Positions 25,268 to 37,815 of a DNA stretch of 40,266 nt are shown here, piece by piece. The stretch is taken from NCBI GenBank assembly GCA_964016885.1, contig CAXHJY010000997.1:1-40266 (forward strand), read 5' to 3'. Every line of letters begins with the position of its first letter. Position 1 is the first letter of the stretch. Below the pieces are notes generated by a model. That model ran no database searches and was not told where the DNA came from. It was given only the letters and a program-made list of their open reading frames with translations. The position numbers and the translations under genes are program-made. This DNA comes from Eledone cirrhosa. Its lineage: Eukaryota.

Positions 25268-25298
25268 CCCCCCCCCCCCCCACCCCACCCCACCCTCG

Positions 25299-25348
<50 letters not shown>
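25268..25348. repeat. C-run/(CCCCA)n followed by long (TA)n
   Basis: Read directly; G-quadruplex-capable on the minus strand. Confidence 0.85.
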
Positions 25349-25356
<8 letters not shown>

Positions 25357-27994
25357 GTGTGTTAAAAATTCTTGTAACCAAATGAAAATTGATACCAAAG
25401 AAAGAAGTAAGCTGGAATCTTTGCAAGTATAATGATTGTGGAAGGTGATGATATATTACTGCTAAACATCTGAATGCTTTGGTTACTTTCAGCAATGTTA
25501 TTTATTGATTTTTGTTTTTGAACTGTTCTGAATTTAAACTACAAGATACAGTTAGGTTGTATGTTACTCACTCCGAAACCGTTACCTTGGCATGTTTGCC
25601 TTGCTATATGTATTCTAATAAAGAGCTATGGTGTAGGTAGGGTATTGTGTATTATTATTAGTTATTTGGTAAAGTATAGATGGAAAGTGATACATAGTTT
25701 ATTTATACAAGAGATAAAGGAATTTTAACTTTTACAGGTGAGAAAACAGATCTTTCTGCTTGTATAGAACATCACCTATTTAATATTCTACAGAACAAAA
25801 ATGAATGTTGTTTGATTAGTCAAATAAAGGCAAATGTTTGTTGTGTGAGAGAAATGTACTAATGTAGGGGTTCCAGGCCTGGAGTAAATTTCATCTACTG
25901 AGAGGATCAATGATTCTGGATTTATATCTATTTTTGTAAACATTACAATGATAAACAGTCTGGTTCTATTCCTTATCTTTTGGGGGTTGATAAGGTTGAT
26001 TGTGTCATAATTTAAGAGGAGAGAGCCAAAACAAATGCCACAAGGCTTTTAATCTGATGCATTAATGACTCTTAATTTACTGCCTTGTTCTGGTGGTGTC
26101 GTATAAAATAGAGCATAGTTTAACTGAAACTATTTTTATGTCTATGTGTCCTTTAATTAAAGTATGAAGAGATGATAATGGTGATTAAAGAAAGATATAG
26201 TGCTAATTCTAATATTTATAACATTGTCTTGATGGTTGCATCTAATAGATGATGAATTTCAGAAGGCTAACAAGATTTACTTTGTAAAAAAGTCATTTCA
26301 CTATCGATGCAGCAAATGTTCAATATCGTTTATCCTTAATGATGTTTCAGATGAAGTCCAGGTTATCTCTTATCTTCTACAAAGAAATCCAAAATATGGT
26401 TGATTTTATATGAATTCAAATCCAACTATATGGTGTTTCCTCCCCACTCTCTTTTTTTCTGTAGATGTCAACTCACAGATGTTCAAGATGAACATTAGCC
26501 ATATTGATCTCAACAGACTGGAATCAGTATGGTCTTGATAAGTTCATTGACACTACATCTTCTCCAGGCTCAGAGAGAAAGAGTGTGTGATTATATTTGT
26601 GTTTACCATTGTGACACACATTGACTTGTGTAAGTAAGAACAATAATAATGATATCTTGTATTGGCACATTGCCACAGATTTGTAGGGAAGAGGTGTAAT
26701 CAATTAAATCGACTACTTGCCAACTACTTATGTTATTGACCTGAAAGAGGGAAAGGCATATTTGAACCATGACTTCATTTGAACTTGGAATGTAAAAAGA
26801 AAACTAAACATCATGCGATACTTTGACCTGTACCCTACTGAACCTCAACAATAATAATAATAGCATAAATATTGACCCTTGAGTTTAAAATAATTGCTGA
26901 TCCTATATAAAAATTAGTATTACCATCGGCTGGATATTTTGTATCCTCTTGTCACATTTCCTATTTAAGTCTGCCCTTTAAGATTTTCATTTAACTGCAG
27001 TTAGGTTCCATAAGATTAAATTCAAACAGTTCTTTTATTCAAGAAAATGAACGTTTTGGAAATGAAAAATGTCATCCAGGGTTACCAGCTCAAATTTCAT
27101 AAGAAGCACAAGATTTTTAAAAAGTAACAGATTGTATTAGAATATAGTCTGAAATAAAAATGTTGCTAGTATATATGATTTGTGGTCTCCCCAATCTCAG
27201 GACTGCAGACTTTATATATGTGTGTATGTATGAATTGCCAGTAGGCTGTTCTAATTTACTAAGCTGATAATTTTAATAATATTCAGTAGGATTCTTATCT
27301 TTAAAAATAAAAATTTGAAAGTAACAAGTAGCCCAAATAAAATCAACAACAATTGTAGCATGTAGTCCTAAAAAGGCAGGGTAATCTGTTATTTATAGCC
27401 CAGTCTGGTTACCCCAGTATCAACTTATCTTAACTAACTGCAAATAAAGACCGTAATTGACTTCCAAATTTGAATTAGAATCTAATGTACAAAAAAATAA
27501 ATTGAATTAGTTAATCAGGATTATCAAATGATTCAAGATGTAATTGTAAACCCACCCTTCATAAAATTTGCTTCATGTTGCCTAATGAAATTATAATTCT
27601 TATAAAGATATTGTATATCATTATTTGACAAAATTGCAGTGTTTATTTCCAGCTCTTTACACTCTGAGTCCAAATCCTACCAAAGCCAAATATACCTTTC
27701 ATCCTTCTGGAGCTGAAAAAATAAAGTATCAGTGAAGTCCTGGTGTTGATTAAGTTGCTTATATCCTCCTCACAACAGTGTGTATATCCCAGTTTTTAGG
27801 ATAGCTACATGTAAAAATGTATGTTTTAAAATGTGTCTTCTATTCATAGACTAAGTGCTTTTTAGTGTTTTATTATGTCTCTCTCTCCATATATAGAGCT
27901 TGAATTTTACCATGGAAGATTTTGTTTTTTAATCCATTTCAAAATAGATAAATTAGTGCAAGTTATATACAGCACTTATGATTATATATATATA

Positions 27995-28779
27995 CTAGCA
28001 GCTGCACCCGGGGCCACTTTTTATTAAGTTAATAATTTGAAAAATATTATTGAAAGTTTATTATAAAGAACCAGTTTCAGGAAAAAAAATAGAAATATGC
28101 ACTTGGGGCTGGACGGCGTACAATGAGAAGTGGAGCGACGTGAAAAGCGTTGTTTATTAACAGCGAAATAGCAATGTCGATGATATGCAATTTGAAAAAT
28201 ACTACTTACTGTTAGTGGTGGTTAACACGCGTCCCTTCTTCGCAATCTAAGGGTTTTATTTCTTTTGATGGAAAACAGTGACCGTACTGCAGAATCGATT
28301 TCATAAAACGGTACTGTATGATCGTTAAATGTAGAAGGATGATAGTTTATTAACAGCGAAATAGCAATGTCGATGATATGCAAGTTTAAAAATGCATATT
28401 ATGAAGTTTGATAGTTTACACTTTTTCCTGAAACTGCTTCTTTATAATAAACTTTCAATAATATTTTTCAAATTATTGGTACTGTATGTTAACAGCGAAA
28501 GAATGTTGATGAGTTTAAAAATGTGTATGAAATTGTAAATAACTCAGCCAAGTATTAGAACAGGGGGAAATAAATCACCGAATGCGATAGTAAATAGACC
28601 GTTTGGGGGCCCTAGGGACCACATTTTTCAAGTTAGAGATTTGAAACTTCGTCTATTTGCATCCTTGGCACTTTTTACATAGGTGTGTCAATTTTCATGT
28701 CTGTCCGACCACGTCTACTACCATTTAACCGTGCACATCTGAATTTCAACCACCACCCATTTCACAAATATATATTAGA
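27995..28779 (-). mobile_element. Non-autonomous Helitron
   Basis: Minus strand begins A|TCTAATATATA and ends ccccgggtgcagctgCTAG|T, giving TC...CTAG termini in an AT target with no TSD. CpG-richer than the flanks; 3' hairpin incomplete. Confidence 0.75.
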
Positions 28780-28783
28780 TAAC

Positions 28784-28889
28784 TAAAAAGATATTTACAT
28801 CAGCACAATAATGCCATAATTTTACAATAGTAGTATATACCTCTATTATAAAATGATGGCATTATTGTGATGGTGTAAATGTCTTTTTA
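28784..28889. repeat. Loopless ~106-bp palindrome
   Basis: taaaaagatatttacatcagcacaataatgccat...gtat|atac...atggcattattgtgatggtgtaaatgtcttttta. Confidence 0.9.
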
Positions 28890-29158
28890 CATATATATAT
28901 ATAGATAAGTGCACTAAGCAGCTGAAGTGTACAATAAGGTTATATATATGAGAGAGAGAGAGACTGAGGTTGCATCTATAGATATATAGATATACACGTT
29001 TTTAATTTGTAAACATTTTCTGGTATTTGAAAAAAATGATAAACACATTTAATCGATTTTCAGACCTAGTTAAGTCCTTTTCAGAAGATATGTATACCAT
29101 CTAAACAACCACAAAGAAACATTTGATGGACTTATATATACCCATTTGCTCTTAGTAG

Positions 29159-29245
29159 TACAGTAGAATCTCGGTTCACAAACAATTTTTCCGAACATAA
29201 AACGTCTTGGTTCACAAACGGTATCTCAAGTAACGAACACGCAAG
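29159..29245. mobile_element. Tigger/pogo-like MITE left end
   Basis: TA|CAGTAGAATCTCGGTTCACAAAC terminus with an internal repeat of ggttcacaaac. No right end found. Confidence 0.55.
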
Positions 29246-30154
29246 CTGTATTCTGAAATGGACATACTAATTTGCATATAATTAGCACTTATGTTGCTAG
29301 ATAATTAATATACATGTTAAGAAGTGTGCTAAGCAACTGAAATGTATGAGAGTTATATTTGTATATATACATAAACATGCCAGAAAATATAAATTTCCCT
29401 GTAAATTGAAATAATGATAAACACCTTTAATATAGATGAATGTGTATATGGCCAGCCACTTAACAGAGTGGTCTGGGTGCTTTTTGTTGTGGCACCAGCA
29501 CTACCACTATACAGAGTAGACTAGGTGTTTTTTTTAATCATAGCACCTGCACTATCTCAACAACACTATGATGCACATTGAATCCTTGGACAGGTTGTGG
29601 AGGCATTCATGAGAGTGGGGTGGGGGATTAGTCCAATGCTGGCTATATACTGGGGAAGTTGGGTGAACAAGCATGTGTGTGGTCTGGCATATTTTGGTTT
29701 GTGTCTCGGTTTCCATGGGTTGGATGGAAGGGTGAATGGTAGAGCTCGCTCCAACTTTCCATGCTGTCATGAGTTGGCTGTGGAGAGAAGAGTTTGTGTG
29801 GTGGTGGTGGTGGTGGAGGGGGGGGGGGGGGGCGACTAATGTAGAACAAGGTCATCATAATTTAGGGCATATATATTTGATAATGATTAAAGATTATATG
29901 CAGAAAATTATTGTAATTGATTCAAATGAATGTTAAATAAAATAGAGAAATGGCCATAATGACAAGAGAGAGAAAGAAGGGCAAGGAAAATTGAGGATTC
30001 AAGCATCTTTACATTAGTAATCAAGAAATTACTAAATTAAATGTTTTTTTACTATTAATCTCATCATTTTTTACGGGTACTATGCTAATATACATATGTG
30101 TGTGTGTGTGTGTATATATTTATATATATATGATGATGATGATGTGTGTGTGTA

Positions 30155-30266
30155 TATATGAATGAGTCGGGACCCTGGTGGCTGAGCTCTTGCTGTTTCA
30201 ACAGCTATGGAACTAGCAGATGAAGGGGCAAAAGCTCAGCTGTTGGGATCCTGACTCATTCGTATA
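30155..30266. repeat. Imperfect GC-rich inverted repeat (39-bp arms)
   Basis: tatatgaatgagtcgggaccctggtggctgagctcttgc / gcaaaagctcagctgttgggatcctgactcattcgtata. Confidence 0.8.
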
Positions 30267-31153
30267 ACCATACTCTACTACCCCAAGTATCAAGTACTTT
30301 GGTGAGTAATGGTCTTACCAGTTTATAACTGAATCCATCCTGATTTATTTGAATTTATGTATATGGGTGTGTGTATGTGTTTATATATATATAGTTGAAT
30401 GGAACCTTTCTCAATATTCCAATAGCACCATAGCTGGCTAGTTATTTTGCTTGTATTTAACTTATTTCATTTGCTAAGACCTTTGGAGGCTGGGGGAATG
30501 CTTGAAGAACTTAAACTCCTGTCTGCTTTCCCTGAAAATGTATCTATGCTACAAATAGAACAACAAAATATGTTCATTTCTTATTTCCACTTCTACTCTT
30601 AAACTGGTGTAGAAAAGTCTATTTACTCTTTCATTAAAAATAGTTGCTATCAGAAGTCCAGCTGATAATCACCATTTGTGTGTGTGTTTGTGTGTACACA
30701 TCATCATCATTATCATCATCATCATTTTACGTTTGCTTTTCCCTGCTTGCAAGGCTGGGACGGGAACATACAGTGTATGTATATGTATTTATATAGTTTC
30801 TTTTGCTTTGAGCTAAGAATACTTTATCTCTCATTGAAACATGTTGACATGAAACAGCAGTACTTAACATATCAGGTATTTGAATTTTATTTATGAAGGT
30901 AACACATGTTTTTTTTTCTCATTTTTGTAAGGACTCCTTTTCATTAGCGTAATGTGTATATTTGTGTGTGTGTGTGTGTATAGGATAACAAAATATCGTT
31001 ATAGGTAATCCAGTTAGAGGTTGTGAATACTTCTTATTATGATGGATAGTTTTAGCGTACAGCGTTGTTTGACTCAACAAGAGGTTTACGTAGACGAGTT
31101 TATGATTTCACTTGTATTCCTATGTAAGTTTATCTTGGAGTAATAAAATTGAA

Positions 31154-31436
31154 AAAGTGGAGAATAACATGGTCAACAGTACAAAAAAGGGGATTTATTT
31201 ACAGTCTGACAATTGTTTCACTGATTAAGTTGTCTAACAATTGCTGAACACTAGAAGCAGTGCCACTCAATTTTAAATACGTTACCAAAGATCTGATTGA
31301 GCTAACATTGTATTTAAAATTGAGTGGCACTGCTTCTAGTGTTCAGCAATTTTTAGACATATTTATCAGTGAAACAATTGTTAGACTGTAAATAAATCCC
31401 CTTTTTTGTACTGTTGACCATGTTATTCTCCACTTT
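31154..31436. repeat. Fold-back palindrome, 127-bp arms, 29-nt loop
   Basis: 31154-31280 pairs with 31310-31436 with about five mismatches. Confidence 0.95.
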
Positions 31437-33011
31437 ATATATATATCAGTATGCACATGTTATAATAAATTTGTATATCAGTGTGGATATTTATTTTATC
31501 ACATTTTCATTGATTGAGGCCTTTCTTTTTCTGTGATTGTGTGTGTGTATATATATATTTTGAAGGAGACTGTAAGCTTATGAAAATGTCTCCTGAAATT
31601 TTTTTATTTCTTATATACACCCACTTTATGTTATGTATGTATGAACGCCAACTTCATTTACACACTGTAAATGTGTTTGGCATTAGGAAGAGAATCCACC
31701 TGTAGAAACCAAGCCAAAATCAGCCCTGTGTGAGCAAAACACAGTCCTCCAGCCTGATCTCTCCCAAAGGGACAGTCTGTCCTCCCCATGCTAGGGTGGA
31801 AAATGGTTGTTAAACTATGATGATGAAAATGATGATATATATATATATATGCGTGTGTGTCTGTCCGTCTTTGTGTTGATGTTTACTGTTTGTTTATGTT
31901 CCAAATACTGATCAATAAAATAACAAGCTTAAAAGATTAAGTGCCAGGGTTATGATCATCTAAATGCCTTGATGGTACCCCAGCATGGCCACAGTTACAG
32001 TGAAATCAGTAAAAGAATATAAATATATATAGAGAGAGAGATAGATAAAATGTACTTAAAGCCTTTTTCATCTATCTCCTGATCACCTGTTCCTACCTCC
32101 CTTGCTTCCTATTTTTATTTCCTTCTATTCTCCCCCACCCCTGCTTCTGTCTGGTTTACATGCTTCTCTGTGTCTGTTTCTCCTTATCTCTGTTCCAATT
32201 TCACTATGATCACCCCTACCCCCATTCTTTTATTTATTTAGGGGGGGGGGGGTGCTTCTCCCTATTTGAATATTTTTCCTTTTGACTGCTTGTTTCTTGA
32301 TCTTTATACCTCTCTCTTTCTCTAGATTTTTAGATTTCTGTCCCTTTCTCAACATTTAACTTTCTCTCTTTGGATCTGGTCTTCTCTCTCTCTCACACAC
32401 ATTTCCTTGGTGTCATGTTTTTTTTCTTGCTATTTCTCTCTCACTTTCTATCTTTCCCTTGCCCTTCTGTCTGCCTGGATTGCTATTATTATTGGTTTTT
32501 CTCATAAGATTTCCTACCAGTGTACTTTTGTGTTTCTCATACCACCACCACCACCACACAAATATAACACCTAAGTTGTAACTCAAGATTCCAATTTTTT
32601 TCTCTTTATTACAGTTATATCATTGTCTGTGTAATATGTACATACATGCATATACCTGTGTGTGTGCGCACACAGACACAAGCCTTGTTTTTATATGATC
32701 ACATTCCCGCATACTATAGATATCAGAAACAATCTATATTTAAGATCTTTTGATATCACTCTCTTCCTATATGTACATATATATTTACTTGTGTTTTTAA
32801 TATATACACATTACATCTACTAGATTTCCATTTCTCAAATCAAGTTTCATATGTTTTTTTTAACCGACTCAGATATATTGATGAAAAATCCTTCTTTTTG
32901 CCACTTTCCTTCCATTCTATTATTCTAAGTGAATGCAGCTGGTTTTCTGCAAAATATATTCTATATAAAAGTTAGGAAATAGATTTGAGAGGAAAATTTT
33001 GTTAACCATTA

Positions 33012-33477
33012 TTAACCTTGTCAAATAGCAACCTGTCTGAGGTACACCTGGTTCTATAAATACTAAACTATGAATGTTAAATTGTTTGCATTTAACACTT
33101 TTAATTCCAAACCATCCAAAACTACCCTTGGTTTTATGTTTCGTAACTGTTTGAAATTAGTAAATAGAAGCTTTCGCCGTATTTTGACTAAATAAAGTTA
33201 GACAGAGATAGTGGTGTTTAAAACCCTCTAAAATGGAAAAGGAAAGCTTCTATTTACTAATTTCAAACTCTGCTCGCCATCTTCAAAAGAAACGCTTACA
33301 TAACTGTTTATTTTAAAGTGTTTATATTTATCTAAAACTTACTATCAGAATTTTATGTAAGCACATTTGTTAAATTCCAAATACCAGCATAATAAATCCA
33401 CCCAAATTCTTCATTTTCAAAATGATTTGAAAATCATAGGTAGTGTTTTTGTTAAACATATGGTAATGAAAGGTTAA
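33012..33477. mobile_element. Degraded piggyBac-type MITE with nested insertion
   Basis: ttaa|cctt ... atatggtaatgaaagg|ttaa. The right-end motif is shared with ~9770-9792 and, reversed, ~19611-19650. Confidence 0.55.
33149..33268. repeat. Perfect 27-bp inverted repeat with 66-bp spacer
   Basis: gtttgaaattagtaaatagaagctttc (33149-33175) / gaaagcttctatttactaatttcaaac (33242-33268). Confidence 0.9.
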
Positions 33478-35159
33478 ATGAAAATCTTCCAAGATAATTC
33501 TAATTTTGCTTAGCTATGTTCCAAACACCAGTGTAATTTTGAAGTAGTTGATTTTTCTAAATTCCTCACAAAAGGGTTTTAAATAGTGATTCCGAATTTG
33601 AAGAGCATGCCCCACACATGTGGGGTAAAACATAATAGTTTTTGGAGGCAATTTTTTTTAAAATCTTCATTACTGTATATCTTCTTCTTGAGCCATCCCT
33701 CTTTCAAAGGAGAAGCATTCATTTTGTTTTTTTCTGATGGCTAGAATATAGGCACTTGCATATAGCTAGAATATATGCAGCTTGCATATACTCATGGGTT
33801 TCTCTGCTAACTGGAACAGTTGTGCCGACCCATTGTCGAATTAATAGTCGATCACCTGCAAAGCCACTGGTGTTCACAACACTGAGGTCATCTAATTGAA
33901 CTGATGATCACATGAGTTAAGCAGGATTTTTATCGAGGCCTATTCCTCCAGATCCAACCTGTTCTGTTAGACTATCCTATGACAGCCATATCAGGGTACT
34001 TCATGTAAGATGTTGCTTTTCACCAGGCAGGTCAGTCTTCAAACTGCGAGAGGCTAGGTGCTCAGTTTGAATGCACATATATTGTGCATTATCAGTTTGC
34101 TGAGTGGCATGGTGAACAGACACTGGGATATACAGGGATGCCACAAAAGACCATTTAGTGCCAACCAATCTACTACAGCTCTGTATTTTCTTAAATTAAC
34201 ATATACATAATTACACATCTACACAATATATACATATGTACATACTGTTGGATGGCTGTTGACTCACATGAGTTCCTCCGCCCTTTGTCAGGTTTTGTTT
34301 TTCATCCTGCAGGGTGTCTAAAATCACCCTCCTCACGAAGCAAAATTTGGTAGAGGCTGCCAGTTTAGTTGCCACGGTTACAACCTATCACTCAGGATTG
34401 ACCTATTACTGTATATACTTGTGTATAAATTGCACATTTGATCATGAAAATATATGGAAAATTAACATTTGACATACCTACGCAACCTACAAAACCTCAG
34501 TTAAAAAATATATAGTACATTGTATGGAAAATAGTGACGTAATTTATCTACCAGTATTTTTTTTTTTTTTTATGCAATAAACCTGATTTTATATTAGTGA
34601 GGAGGAAGGGATTAGCATGACATTTTTTCCAATGCTGTGGTGGGGTATGAAGCAAAAAAAAAAGAAGGGTTAAGAACCACTGGTTTAAACAATTTTACTT
34701 TTCCGTGCCAACAAACATGTTTTTCTTCTATATTTACTTAGTGATTCATTCACTACTAATTTAACAGCTACAGAAAGGTTATACTTCGATGAAGAAGCCA
34801 GAAACATCTGCAGAAATTTAAAAAAATATGTCATGGTCTAATATATATTTTTATACCATTACATATTTATTTTTAGTTTAAATTTAATGCATCATACATT
34901 AGATATGCTAAGAGACACACTGACCTATTAACATATGTATTTATTTACTTGTTTATTTATTGGTAATCCTCAACATTTTATATGAAAGAATTACATGGAG
35001 GTGACTGTAACTGTTGTTAAATGCTAGGCCAGCCTTGATTGAGCAGAACTGTAATTTATTTTTTATTTTTGACAACCTCAATTTTTATACAAATGTTTTA
35101 TTTTGAATAGTAGTGTGTGATTTGGTGGAGATTTTGTTATTTCTAGACAGTGAAGAGAT

Positions 35160-35191
35160 CACATAGATACTCTTTCACATAGATACTCTTT
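35160..35191. repeat. 16-bp tandem duplication
   Basis: cacatagatactcttt twice. Confidence 0.9.
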
Positions 35192-37119
35192 CATTTAGAT
35201 AATTAAATGATTGAAAAAAAAAAATATATATATATATATATATCAAAGGTATATATTGAGTTAGGAACTCAAAATAGTCTCTTACAATTAAATAGCTGTA
35301 AGAAAGAGATTTTTCTGAGCCGTATATTATAATTGAATATAAAAGAAAAACGAACACAGATATATACATACATGTGTTCAAATCGCAAGGGACCAGATTC
35401 GCTAAGGTGAAAAGAATACTAACTATAGATAATAGGGTTCAATTATAATATATATATATATTGTATATTCCGAATTTGATAAAAGTTGATTTAGCATTGC
35501 TTTTTCATTAGTTCCATTACATAAATGTTATGGTAAAAAATATAAAACTACATTAGACAATAGCATATTTTTTTCTTATTCAATTTCCTTGTGGTATTTG
35601 ATTGAATGCCTTATGGTATTTGATTCACCTCTCTGTGATCCTTTTAAGGACGAAAAAGTTTCAGTTCAGAGCAGTAGATTGGCAGAACTAATTTGTGTTT
35701 TTGGCGGCAATGTGACCTTTACCTTTTCCTGGGATGACATGGGTAGTATGCACATTTTAAAATCTTGCTAATTTGTCATTGCGGAGGTCTAATATGACCA
35801 AAATATGTTCATTTCTTTCACCAGTTGACATAAAATATCAGATCTAATCCAATCTAATCTGCATTGTCTATAATGTCCCAAAAGGTTGTTAAGAAAATTC
35901 TTCCACAATGACTTTAAAATAAATTTCAGTACTGACTCCATCTATCCCTGCTAGACTTAATTTAATTTATTTTTCTCACTATACCTCATTCAGCTGACAA
36001 GAATTAAACAGTCAGTTTGTATGGTTTTATTCAAGAGAGCGTTAACAACAATGAAATAAAACATTTGCCAATGTAAATTGTAGATAAAAATCACTTTTGT
36101 TAGCTTTTGCTTACAAGTTTATTAATGTATAAAGGGAATTTGGGGTTTGATGGTTGACTTAAACATTAAAAATTTATTTTATTTGCTTTTTCTTTTAACA
36201 AATCTCACAACTTGATGAGTCTGTTTCATCAGGTTTTGTGTAGGTGTAGGGAAATATTTATCTCTTTTTTTTTCTTCTTTTTTTTTATTGTATATATATT
36301 TTTAAAACTCATTATTTTAAAATCATTGCTTATTGAAACAAATTTTCTAGTAATATTATCAGATGTCTAATTTTGTTATCTCTATTTGGTATGAGTCTCA
36401 CAGTGACTCAGTCTTTTATCATTTGGTACATACAACAAAACCTGCTAATCTTTGTTTTCTAAGCCATGCATTTTTTTCAGGGGTCGGTAGGGCATGGTTT
36501 TTATGGTTGATGCCAGCAAGGAGACCAGTATGCTCTAAATGGATGCTTTGCTTGCTAGAAATAGCAGCTAAATATTCAAATTATATTGTACCTTTTTTAA
36601 AAAAAGAACAATACATTGGATAATGTATTCCTGTATCAGAGTGACGAGAATGTGGTTTGTCATACATCTACTCAACCATGGCTGATCTGGTTTAAAACAA
36701 TAAAATAGCTTCAACTTTTTGTCAGAGAGGGAAGGGCAGTACTGACGATCCTTTTCAGGACCTCTCTGTCAGGTTGGAGGTTGGAAGGTATCCACAAACT
36801 GGAGACCTGGTCAATGCTTACAACAGAAGAGACTCTGCTAAAGACAAAGTGGTAGTGTTAAATTGGGCAACAGATTAAGTCCACCACCCAAGTAGGCCAC
36901 AGTGGGATTTGAACTGAGAATGCAAATAGCCAAAACAAATACCACCAGACATTTTGTCCAACACTAATAACCTCCAATTTGCCTTTTATTTCTTCTTTCG
37001 TGACATTTGCTATTATATCTTTAGATCTTTATCATTAAAGCATGATTCACATATACAGTTTAGTTCTTACATGTTCATGCTATATTTATTCTCTTTAATT
37101 GTAATTATACATCTGTAAA

Positions 37120-37345
37120 AGAGCAGTGCATGGCAGAATCGGTAGAGTGTTAAACAAAATGCCTCAAAGTATTTGATTACGTCTTTTAGGTTCTGAGTGC
37201 AAATATCACTATGGTTGGTTTTGCCTTAGTAAGGAGTGGTGGGATAAAATAGTACAATCAAATAATGTGCTCAATTAAGTAGACTATTTTGCCACCACCA
37301 CCAGCATATTCTATGGCCTTGTGTCTGTATATTTGAAATTATTAT
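37120..37345 (+). mobile_element. SINE family A, degraded
   Basis: tggcagaatcggtagagtgttaaacaaaatgcc...ttctgagtgcaaat...gataaaatagtac...tggccttgtg. Confidence 0.7.
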
Positions 37346-37815
37346 ACATCTGTATTAATATATAACAGATAGTTTTGAAAATAACTGAAACAATAGAGCA
37401 GCCAGGATAAATGACACAAATAATGGTGCACTCTCTTTGAACTAACATGTTTGGATCTTGTTTGTTTAATTTCAGAAAATATATATGTAGGACTATATTA
37501 TTCCATACACACATATCTATATGTATATAAAAAAAATTTTCCCCCACAATCTTGTATTTTTGTTCTATTTTATTTCCATTTACTTTACAGCATCAGCTGT
37601 TGCTGTCTGGAGCAAAAGTCTCAGGGAGTAAACTCTCATGAAAACAACAATGCAAGGTCTGTTTCAGAATTCTTCTTCATATTATTAATGGTATTTCTAT
37701 AATGTGCTGGGATATGTTTTTTGACACAGAGGTTTTAGATGCTTTCAATTATTTAGTTTTCCATCTTTCTGTATTCTAAGTTCAAATCCCACTGAGCTAG
37801 TTGACTTTACTTTTC

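Noticed and set aside
28152-28510. Spaced 39-bp direct repeats, superficially CRISPR-like
   Set aside because: Only two full copies with long spacers, inside a eukaryotic Helitron, and no cas genes.
33830-34410. Possible very old Bov-B-like RTE remnants
   Set aside because: Only faint motif resemblance; cannot be supported without a profile search.
1700-37702. Remaining 60-120 aa ORFs in the track
   Set aside because: Low-complexity or repeat-derived, many with non-ATG starts and no domain motifs (except 4643-4906, the decayed RTE).
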